A DNA stretch of 63,254 nucleotides, the filler included, from Welwitschia mirabilis (lineage: Eukaryota), in assembly GCA_051453625.1 (NCBI GenBank). It is 6 parts of one record of this genome, joined end to end, with 100 filler letters (N's around TTAATTAATTAA, not from the genome) between each part and the next. Parts side by side here need not be neighbours in the genome. Positions count along the whole stretch, not along the records: positions 46,930 to 53,302 come from JBOZIK010000001.1; positions 53,403 to 59,210 come from JBOZIK010000001.1; positions 59,311 to 63,254 come from JBOZIK010000001.1; 3 more parts are not named here. One strand, written 5' to 3'. The notes below the pieces were generated by a model that was not told the origin of the DNA, searched no databases, and saw nothing but the letters and a program-made list of their open reading frames with translations. This document shows positions 52,281 to 63,254 of the stretch, piece by piece. Made by a program: the position numbers and the translations under genes. Position 1 is the stretch's first letter, and every line of letters begins with the position of its first letter.

Positions 52281-53402
52281 CTGCAGAAATACAGAACATT
52301 AATAGAAAAACTTTTCATAGATGGCTATATAGCCAACAAAACAATAAAGGCATTTAACTTGATTAAGGAAGACTCCTTGTATGCCAACTTTTGTCTAAAA
52401 TCTTGAAGATTAAACTAAAAAAGTTAAAAAAAATACTGTGCATTATATTACACAATTTGAGATTTCAACATTTTTAATGATATTCTTGATTTTCTTTCTG
52501 GAAATTACAAAAGTTTTTAGGATTTTCAAAGATTTCCTCCAAAGTTGTGCATTAAGAACCAATGTTGCATCCCTTTTAACTTTTTGATTTTCAAGGATTC
52601 CACGCAATCAAATTATACATTGACTTGAGTTGTTAAATATTCATGCCAATACAATATTGTAAAAGGAGTCCGCCCACACCCTAATACGTTTTTAGAGTTA
52701 ATGAATTGTGACAAAGGTATCTTGATCTCTGTTAAAGAGTTTAAGGGTGTAAGATTCAATTTTCACTGCTTTGTGCTAGCTTAGGCAACTTTCAGCACTG
52801 TTTTTTGATAATAAGCGCTCTGATTGCTTCCTATGGATTTTCTCTCTACACTGGAGAATTTCCCACTTAAATCAATATGTTAAGTGCTTGTTTTTAATTT
52901 TTTTCTCTATTGTCTTTTCTTGTTTCATCTCTGCAACAACACTGCCAACTAAGTGAGTGGAGCAAAATCTTTATTAACACTTGCTAGACTATTTTGGTTT
53001 TTTCAAAATGGAGCAACCACAGGCTACCAACCACCTGACAGACAACCTTTTGAAAAATCACAGCACACAACAAAGAAACAGCAAACTAATAATAAAACCA
53101 GCAAGCAAAAACACACACATATAAATTTACCTGATTTGGATTTTGGACCCATTCTACTCTACATCCATGGAACAGCACATAGCTCTCATTATCCATAGAG
53201 ATGTCAAGTATACAAGCCGTTCGCATTAGTTGGACATTGTAGGTCACAGTTTTGACCTAAATGCGTAGTAAGGCCCAAAACCTTCACAGGGATCTTTTAA
53301 TGNNNNNNNNNNNNNNNNNNNNNNNNNNNNNNNNNNNNNNNNNNNNTTAATTAATTAANNNNNNNNNNNNNNNNNNNNNNNNNNNNNNNNNNNNNNNNNN
53401 NN

Positions 53403-56400
53403 GTAACTATGCGTGGATCAAGCCACATTTGTATTGTAGGTGCAAGGACTGGATTATGAAAAAATGTATGCCCAATTGGGAAATACTTGAGATTCTTCAT
53501 CTTTATCACAGTGGTATTTGTGAAGGACATTTTAGTGGATATAAAACTATCATAAAAATCCTTCATTCTGGTTTTTACTGATCTTTTCTTTTTCATGATT
53601 CATTTGATTTTGTTAGAAGGTGTAATCCTTGTTTGCATTTCAGTAGTCTTGTTCATTCACAGGAAATGCCTCTTAGATCTATTCTTGAGTGTGAGCCTTT
53701 TAATTATTAGGGTATTTATCTCATAGACCCTATTCACCCACCTTTTTTTAATAAAAATTACATTTTAGTGGCTGCTGATTACGTGACTAAATAGGTTAAA
53801 GCCATACCTACTTCTTTGAATGATGCCCAAACTATTTATCATTTTCTTAGAACTCACATTTTTTAGAGATTTGGTTTTTCTAAAGTCATCATTAGTGATC
53901 AAGTACTCATTTCATTAATTCACTTTTTAAGAAACTCCTTCTGTCCATTGGTATTAAACATAGAGTAGCTTTTGCTTATCATTCTCAGACTAATGAACAG
54001 GCTGAAAATGCCAATAGAGAAATAAAGAAAATTCTTCCAAAACTTGTCTCTATTAATAAAAAGTCTTGGGCTTCTAAGCTTAATGATCTACTTTGGGCTT
54101 ACCATACTACTTGACGTACTTCTCTTGGTTTTTTACCTTACAAACTTATTTACAGTAAAGTTTGTATCTTACCAGTTAATGTGTGTTACAATTCTTATTG
54201 TGCATCCCATCAACTTAATCTTGTGGATTTTATGAAAATCTTAAGTATAGATTAGCCTAGTTAGATCATCTTGATAAAAAAATAACTAGTATCATACATC
54301 ATCAATTAATTCATAAATATAAAGTAAAGTTCAAATATGATAAAAGGATTTTTCATAAAAAGTTTGAACCTGNNNNNNNNNNNNNNNNNNNNNNNNNNNN
54401 NNNNNNNNNNNNNNNNNNNNNNNNNNNNNNNNNNNNNNNNNNNNNNNNNNNNNNNNNNNNNNNNNNNNNNNNNNNNNNNNNNNNNNNNNNNNNNNNNNNN
54501 NNNNNNNNNNNNNNNNNNNNNNNNNNNNNNNNNNNNNNNNNNNNNNNNNNNNNNNNNNNNNNNNNNNNNNNNNNNNNNNNNNNNNNNNNNNNNNNNNNNN
54601 NNNNNNNNNNNNNNNNNNNNNNNNNNNNNNNNNNNNNNNNNNNNNNNNNNCTTTAGTTAAATATTATGATATTACCTGATCATCTTCCAAAACTGACTTG
54701 TGTATTACTTTATGAAGTTTTATGATTAGTTTTATACTTGAGTATTTATAGGTGGTAAGGTTGAATTCACCCAATCTTGAGATATTCCCATGTCTATGGA
54801 CGTCATTTGAAGGAAGATGCCTTGGTTTCTTATATTTTTTTCAGTGGTGTTAAAATCTTAGGTTGTTTGGGAGTGTTCTTTTCTATCTTTTATCTTACTT
54901 ATTCACCTTTATCTTTTTTAAGTATGTAATCATGTGGAAATTTTAGTAGGAAAAAAAGAGAAATAATGATCATGAGTTATTGTATTTTGTGCTTTAAAGA
55001 AAAATACATGGTCACCATGATGTCCTACCGCACTGGGGTAAATATTTCCAAAAGGAACCTTTAGCAGTGTTAATAGCTGTGGAACTCCACTGGGGGGTTA
55101 GTTGGCCATGCTTCATAGGTCCTTAATCCTGTGATAGTGGTTGCACTTCCCTCATCATGATAAAAGAAATAAAAACTTTGAGGTTAAGGAACATTGATGT
55201 TTTTGGTGCCATCATAGGCATTGCTTGTTTCCTAGATTCTTATTATGCCCACTTAATCATTTCACTTTTAGAGATTCAGGTGAATTTGTGGTATGGAAGC
55301 AGGTGAGTTCATTTTTAAGTAACTTTTGGTTTTTGACATTCATTGCTCTACACACTTGAAGCTTTGGATATCGCCATAACCACTACTTTTTTGAATGAAC
55401 TTTATGGAGTTAATACATTTTTTCATGCATATTTACTTAGGTGATGTTATGATGTTTTCCTTAAGCGTTTGCTAAGTTAGTATTTAGGATAGGTAAAAAA
55501 TCTTCTTCTTGTTCCTTATGTCCATTTTCACTTTGGTTTTCCTTGGTTTTTGAGTCTACCATTTCAAATTCATTTCTGCATTTTCTTATTTCTTCTTAGG
55601 ACCTTAATCATTTAGGAGTTTTTTTTACTATTTGACCATGATAAAATGTTTTTCTAAAAATGCATTTTCATTAAAAATGTTTAAAAGAACATCTTTTTCA
55701 CAATCTTTATGAGTTCCCTTATAGGTTATTGGGTTCTAAGTCTGTCATGCTTTCATTTTCTATTTGGGATATTTATTCAGTTTTTATTGTAGGTTTTCAA
55801 CCTAGATAGTCTATTTTTATTTAGCTATAGATTTTTCTTTTGTGTGTCTTTATCCTTTTTCTATTGATTTTCCTAGTTTTTTGCATTTTCTGTGTGATTT
55901 TCTGTTTTCTTTTTTTTTTTTATCTTTTTTCTTTTCAGAAATGTTACTTAAATGATCATATTTAAGCTTAACTTTCATGGCTAATGTTTTTCTTTTAAAC
56001 ATCTTTTTCATATCCCATTGTTTAGTTAGTTATCCAGACAACAATGTGGTGGATGACAACCTAATTTTTTCTGAGAGTCATCTTAGGGATGTTGTCCAGA
56101 TGATGCAACTAGATGACTGTGCANNNNNNNNNNNNNNNNNNNNNNNNNNNNNNNNNNNNNNNNNNNNNNNNNNNNNNNNNNNNNNNNNNNNNNNNNNNNN
56201 NNNNNNNNNNNNNNNNNNNNNNNNNNNNNNNNNNNNNNNNNNNNNNNNNNNNNNNNNNNNNNNNNNNNNNNNNNNNNNNNNNNCTCTCCTTCTATTTTTC
56301 ATTTTTCTCCTATGTTTTAGCTTTTCAATGTGCTATTTTCGTACATATTGTTCAGCCTTTTGTGCTCTTCATTTTGGGACTTACGGATTTGAATTTTACC

Positions 56401-57458
56401 ATTTATTTCTCAAATTATGATTAATTTTGCATATCATGAGGTATTTTCAGGTTTTTATCTTTTGTACTTGTTTTTGTGCAAACTGTAGGTCAAATTATAT
56501 TGGTCCTTTAGGCAAANNNNNNNNNNNNNNNNNNNNNNNNNNNNNNNNNNNNNNNNNNNNNNNNNTTGAGTACTTCAATTTTTCACTACTTATGGAGCCC
56601 ACTACATACACATTTTTTATACTTTTTCCATTTTCTCCATTTTTATTTCACGTTTAGGTAATTCGGGATGCATTGCATCTTTTAAGGTAGACAGGACATA
56701 TTTTCAGTATTTTTGCTAATTTTTCATTGATTTTAGAGATGGTGATTGTGCATTCATGCGACATTTTGATTTGTTTATCTATTTTCACATAATGATTTTT
56801 ATATTTTTAATTGAGTAGGTCACATACGCGTAAAGCTAGATAGGAAGAGGCTTCAGTTGAGCTTGTAAAGTAGGAGGTAGGTCCTTTGGTTGAGTCTGAA
56901 ATACAACATGTAAAACCTGTGCATTCGCCACCTCAACACAAACGATCTTTGAGCATATAAACAACTAGCATTTGTGTCAAGAGACCCGCGTAGAGCTAGA
57001 GGTTGATTAAATTTTGACAGATTCATGGCTCAGATGGATCATAGACACACATGATGCATATTATGCTTCTGAGATGAGAGTTTTCTATGACATCATGCAT
57101 ATAGAGAGGTGACCAGACGCTCATGGTTAGCTCTAGAAAATGATCGTTGCTTACATTTGAGACCACAAGATAGCTATTCTTCCATTTCAAATTGCCGTAA
57201 TCATAGATCTTAGAGAACTTAGGAGCATGCATATTCATTTAGCCAGTGGGATAGAGGAGCGTCAAGCCAATGACACTAGCTTAGATATTCCAGTTGATTT
57301 GACTACTAATTGACGGGGGATAAATGTTACCCAGATGACCCCCGCATATAGAGTTTTCTATAGAGGATTGATTCATAACATCAGTTCATCATTCCACGAT
57401 AGTCATGCTATGATGGGACACCTACAGATTCTAGCAACTTTCCTTTAGGAGGAGCAGA
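53403..57458 (+). mobile_element. Athila-family 3' portion: integrase (53403-54372), non-coding spacer, env-like ORF remnant (~56850-57458)
   Basis: HRVAFAYHSQTNEQAENANREIKKIL...KLNDLLWAY at ~53960-54105 is integrase. The spacer is homologous to 2409-4400. WLRWIIDTHDAYYASEMRVFYD (~57025-57090) resembles the env-like motif. Confidence 0.85.
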
Positions 57459-57558
57459 NNNNNNNNNNNNNNNNNNNNNNNNNNNNNNNNNNNNNNNNNN
57501 NNNNNNNNNNNNNNNNNNNNNNNNNNNNNNNNNNNNNNNNNNNNNNNNNNNNNNNNNN

Positions 57559-59210
57559 TCTAATTTAGAATGGGTTAGTCCTATCATGTTTGCACAAAAG
57601 AAATAAAATAAATGGAGAGTATGTATGGACTTTTAAATGCTAAATACTATAAGGATCATTTTCGCCTTCCATTTATAGATCAAGTTTTAGAAAGAATATC
57701 TAGACATAAATACTATAATTTTTTGGATGAATATAATGGCTATAACTAGGTCTCTATAGCTTTAGAGAATCAAGCAAAACAACTTTCACTTGTCATTGGG
57801 GTAATTATGCCTATAAGATATTACCATTTGAACTATGTAATGCTTCTGCTACTTTTTAAAGGTTATTAAATGGCATTTTTCATGATATGATAAAAAGTTT
57901 AGTTGAAGAATTGGAAATGATTATAAGGATTTACTTAATAGACTAGAAAAGGTTTTAGAGAGATGTGAATAAAAATGCCTTAGACTTAGCAAGATAAAAA
58001 GTTATCTTATGATGATAGAAGGCATAGTGCTAGGACATAAGATATCTCAAAAATAAATTGAAACTGATGAAAAAAAATTAAATCTATAAAAGATATTTTA
58101 CCTCTAATCAAACTAAAAGAATTAAGATTTTTTCTAGAACATGTTAGATATTACAAAAGATTCATATCTAACTTCAGTAAAATTAGTAAATCTTTGAGTA
58201 ACCTTTTGCAAAAGGATGTGGAATATGGTTGGACTAATAAATGTTAAAATATTTATCAAACCTTAAAGGATAAACTTTGATCAGCACCTATTTTGAAAGA
58301 ACCACATTGGACAAGACCATTGTACATTATAACTGATGCATCTAGTTACACTATGGGAGCCATTTTAGAATAAATTAATGGAGATAATAAATCTAATGCC
58401 ATTGCTTATATTAGTAAGAACTTTAAATTATCTTAATAAAAATACATAATAATAGAGAAAGAGGAGTTAGTAGTGGTAATGGCATTAAAGAAATTCAGGA
58501 ATTATATTTTAGATTACAAAGTGAAAGTTTATACAGATCATAGTACTATTAGATTTTTTTAATGAATTAAAAAGAATAAAACTCGAGAATTATGAGATGG
58601 ATACTATTAATGTAGGAGTTTAACTTAAAAGTTATTAATAGGAAAGGGACAAAACATGTGGTAGCAAATCACCTCTTAAGGTTATAATTTCTAGATGAAT
58701 AACAAATAAACATAAGGGATTATTTTCCAAATGAACAACTTTTTCAAGTAAAAGCAAATTCATGGTACACTGATATAGTTAAATTTATTATGAGTAAAAA
58801 AAATACCCATCTTTTATAAATTACTATGAAATAACAAGAATTCTATGGAAATATATAGATTATATTTTTCCTAATAAGATGTTATTTAGAAAATTCAAAG
58901 ATCATTTTATTAAAAGATGTATAGAGGAAAACCTATAAGGTAAGATCTTAAAGGAAGCTCATAAAGGAGAAGGATGAGGACATTACATTGCAAAAATAAT
59001 AGGGATGAAAATTCTTAATATGGAATACTAGTAACCCAACATATTCAAAGATTCAAATTCTTATATCCAAGGATCTGATAAGTATTAAAGGAAAGGTGCA
59101 TTTAGCTAGAGATTAGAAATGCCATAATAATGGATTTAGTCAATTGAACCTTATTGATGTTTGGGGAATAGATTTTATTGGATCTATCAATCCTTCAATC
59201 TTTTGAAATA
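57559..59210 (+). mobile_element. Degenerate Ty3/gypsy RT, RNase H and integrase N-terminus (family distinct from the left-hand copies)
   Basis: EWVSPI...WRVCMDF...KDHFRLPFIDQVLERI...LPFELCNASATF, ITDASSYTMGAIL, EKEELVVV, VYTDHSTI, WGIDFIG. Confidence 0.9.
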
Positions 59211-59949
59211 NNNNNNNNNNNNNNNNNNNNNNNNNNNNNNNNNNNNNNNNNNNNTTAATTAATTAANNNNNNNNNNNNNNNNNNNNNNNNNNNNNNNNNN
59301 NNNNNNNNNNCATCAAAGGTGGGGATCTTTTTGGAAAAATATTTTAGGAATAGACTCAATAAGAAGGTCAAGAAGGGGATATTCAACCATCTTGAAAAGG
59401 ATGCAACAACATCTCCAATACTCTAAAGTGTTACCTACAAAGGAAAAACAAGCCTTACTACATCTTTTGTAACATTTGGTATTTCAATATTAAGTTGAAA
59501 AGCCACATTATTATTTTGTGCATGTTTTATTACTTGAAAAAGTAGTACTATTTCTATTTACTCTTATTTATGCAACTAAACATAAACAAAGATAATTAAC
59601 AATACTTATCAATAAGTATTGTTTAGCATTTCATTGAATTTTTATCATGTTGTACTATTTTCTTTATTTCCCCCTATTATAGTATATGTACATAATAACT
59701 TAGTAGTAATAAAGGGACCTGACTAGTTCAAGTAAATTCGTCATGATATTATTGTGATAATGCATTTTGAACTAAATGGTTAAATCTCAACTAGTTCTAT
59801 AGTGAGCCTTTAATTATTTTTATTTAGTCTTGTGAACTTATTTTAGGTTAATAACATCATAGTTTTTACCTTTTTTCAGCATTATTTTCTATTATTTTAA
59901 ATATTTTTGGCATTTATTTTATCACATAAGAATCCATCACCTTGGCCCT

Positions 59950-62900
59950 AGAAGGAGGGCCATTCTAAAGTCAACTACAAAGATGAAAAAAACTATGTTT
60001 CAAAAAGATATCAAAGGAAAATGATAGGATGAAAGAGGTAGATATGTTAGAGACCCTCATAAATATGATCTAGAAGAGTGGACTAAAGATAGAGTTATAA
60101 TAGAAGTAAACGAAGATGATTTTATAAAGGATAAATTCACTCTTAAAAAGGTAGTGAAAGAATAAATCTTTTTAGAATTAATGAATGAATTAGAGAAATA
60201 GTTATGTACCTTTCTTCCATCATCTCACTCACAAGGGAAATCTTTTCAAATAGTTTAGTAAAAAGGCCTAAAAAGAAAGTTGTAATAGGATGCTATTTAG
60301 AAGATGATGGGAATTAAAGACCTTTAAATCATGAGACACATTGTTTAGAAGAATTAAGTCCCATTAATCCTACATCCTTATAACAACCATAGAAAGTAAG
60401 AAAACATAAATATTACATCAATATCCACTTTTAAGAGTAAGAAATCAGAAGAACACCTACTATATCTAAGCTTATTTGATGCTTTTTGTAAAGCTAATTA
60501 TATTAACTCAGAATCTAACTTTTTGATATATTTCCCTTTTCCCTAAAAGGAGACGCTCAACTATGGTATCATTAGAATCCTAATCACAGCTTTAGTTCAT
60601 GTGGAACCCTTAAAAATGCTTTCCTAGTCAAATTTCAACCCATAAGGATGGTTGAAGATCTAAGGAAATAAATTTTAAATATTAAACAAAGAAATAATAA
60701 AAGATTTAATGAATTCATGAATAGGTATAACATATTATTAGCTAGATGTTCTAACCATGGAATCACATCTGAGGAATGAGTTAGAGCTTTCCTTAAATAG
60801 TTATAGAGTCAAATTTTGAAGGAAATAGACTTGTTATGTAGAGAAAGCATCAAAACAAAGAACGTTCAAGAAGTAGGAGAAGCCATTACTCAATTTTATA
60901 ACATGAGTTAAGGACAGGGATAAGAAAACAAAAAGAAGAAAAAGATAAATGAAGTATATACCCTAGAAGCAAATGAAAGTGTGTATAATTCAAAACATAT
61001 TAGTCTTATGGAAGAAGTAGCTAAAAAAATGACTAATAGCATGGTAGAAAAATTTAATTAATTAGCTATACAACACTATAAGGAGAAAGAAGGACCCACA
61101 TGTAAACATTTTGGAGAAGATAATCAAGAAGAAATAAAATGTCCTTGGATGCAGGAATTTGTTCAATGATTGGATATTAATAGATTAGATTTAAATTTAA
61201 GAAATGAAACTCAAACAAGAAAGAAACCATATCCTTACTAAAGTAGAAAATGGAAAGGTAAAATAGAAAGGCCTTTATAAAGGTATGCAAATTCAAGAGG
61301 GCAAGAATAGTATGATTATCATAGATGTTACTTTTGACAAACTTCTTTTCTTTTCTCTAAGACTTATGGACTTTTTATTCATGAATTCTCTAGAAAAAAT
61401 ATTTCTCTAATGGACATGAGAGAAAAATCAGAAATAAGAAAAAAAAGAAAAAAATTTCTACTTAACCTTAATCAAATCCTAGAGAAGCAAGAAGTAAAGT
61501 AATAACTACTAAATCTAGAAAATAGGAGGTGACATATGAACCACAGAAGAAGAACAGAAATTTGAGCCACCCTTAAGATAATGATACTAAGAGCAAAATA
61601 ATAGATGATGCCTTAATAGATATTTTATCTTTTCTAATGAGAAGTAAACAAATAGAACATTCAAAAATGAAAAAGATATAGAATATTTAATAAAAATTTT
61701 AGAAGACGTGAAAATATCATTACTTTTTTTGAAATTATTAAAAGATGTACCTATGTACTAGAAACAAATGAAGAGTATGTGTTTAAAATAAAAGAGCAAA
61801 ATGGAAATCAAGAAGGAATAACAAAATAAAATGGTGAGGAAGAATTAAGTTTCTTAGGCTTTCATGCAAGTTCTTCAAAATAAAAAATAGAAAAGTATAG
61901 CGACTTTGGAACACCTAAGATAGATGTAAAAATTGATGGAAAACTCAAAGTAAAAGTGCTTGTGGATCTAAGAGCAAGCATTAATATTATGGCCTATGAA
62001 ACTTATGAAGAATTGGGAAAGCCAAAGCTAATACCTTACCAAGGAAAAGTGCACTTATGTAATGATACCAAAAGGAGTTCTAAAAGATATACCCATTGAA
62101 GTCCAAGGTTTTATCTACTTAATAGATTCATTAGTAATGAAACTTAAGAAGATACCTCTGCAGTAATATTAGGAAGACCTTGAATGGCTATTGCAGATAC
62201 TACTGTTTATTCTAAGAGAGGGGTAATAGAAATTAGTCAAGGAGATCTTAAAAAAGAGATGAAATTTTCTAATGTAGTAGTTGTCGAAGAGATGGTACAG
62301 AACACAAAAGCTAGAACTAATGAAATCCTAACATAGGAAGCTAGTTTGATATTAAATAAATAGAATGAAAAAAAGTATGAGAAGGAAGATTTACTAGCTC
62401 AAGAAATAGAAAAGCCTCCACTGAAGGAAGGGTTAGAGTATATTAAAGTAGCTCCAAATAGACCTCTAATCATAAACAGTTATTTAACTCATTCTCAAAA
62501 AATAAGACTTAAAAGAATGTCTATCAAAAGAAAGGGATCTTTTACTTAGGATCATATAATATTAAAGGAATAAATATAAAAATATGTCAACATAGAATTT
62601 ATTTAGTTACCTTTATCAAACCAAGAAGACAATTAGAAAGAAGATTTAACCTACACATATAGAAAATAATTAAACAAGAAATTTTCAAACTCTTGGATGT
62701 GGGATTCATTTATTCTATATCTAATTTAGAATGGGTTAGTCCTATCATGGTTATACCAAAGAAAGAAAAAAAATGGAGAGTATATATAGACTTTTGAATG
62801 TTGAATATTGCAACTTATAAGGATCATTTCCCACTTCCATTTATAAATCAAGTTTTAGAAAGAGTATTTGGACATTAATACTAGAATTTTTTGGATGGAT

Positions 62901-63254
62901 ATATTGGCTATAACTAGGTGCCTATAACCTTAGAGAATCAATCCAAAACATCTTTCACTTGTTATTGGGATACTTATCCTATAAGGTATTACCATTTGGA
63001 CTATGTAATGCTCACGCTACTATTTAAAGATTAGTAAATAGCATTTTCCAAGATATGATAGAAATATCTACTGAAATATCTATGGATGATTTATCAACTT
63101 TAAAAAATGATTTTGAGGAGTCACTTGATAGACTAGAAAAAAGTTTTAGAGAGATGTAAAGAAAAATGCCTTAGACTTAGCTAGTTAAAAAGTTATCTTA
63201 TGGTGATAGAAGCATAGTGCTAGGAAACAAGATATCTTAATAGTAAATTGAAAA
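59950..63254 (+). mobile_element. Degenerate Ty3/gypsy gag-protease-RT, running off the window end
   Basis: FPFSLKGDAQLWY (~60530), VLVDLRASINIM (~61955), ILGRP (~62165). RT at 62720-63254 is closely similar to 57559-58085. Confidence 0.88.

Noticed and set aside
54337..56657. Long ORFs in the track (54337-54660, 55977-56420 and others)
   Set aside because: Their length comes from runs of N.
1..63254. CRISPR arrays, tRNA/rRNA genes or prokaryotic-type operons
   Set aside because: No regularly spaced identical repeats with unique spacers and no recognisable structural RNA. The tRNA-complementary sites are retrotransposon PBSs.

Overview
AT-rich land-plant nuclear DNA from a gapped assembly. 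Most of it is old, nested, heavily C>T/G>A-mutated LTR retrotransposon sequence with no intact ORFs. It holds about 9 Ty3/gypsy Athila-like pieces, including a family with ~1.1-1.2 kb LTRs (TGTTGCG...ACAACA) and a tRNA-Asp-type PBS. It also holds a Ty1/copia Sirevirus (SIRE)-like element with an env-like ORF remnant (18846-26321), and a gag-only SIRE derivative with both LTRs and a TSD (39693-45028). One contig (46930-53302) is richer in GC and CpG and carries four intact, in-phase minus-strand exons of an ARID+PHD gene (ARID4-like, 51496-52280). Its neighbouring conserved exons are not visible, so it either has very large TE-filled introns or an altered C-terminus. Downstream of those exons lie unexplained exon-like segments, a 254-bp tandem duplication and a TGCA-motif cluster. 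I found no RNA genes or CRISPR arrays, and I cannot support a clearly new biological system from the sequence alone. The best leads are listed as findings. All alignments were done by eye, so TE boundaries without TG/CA termini are approximate.
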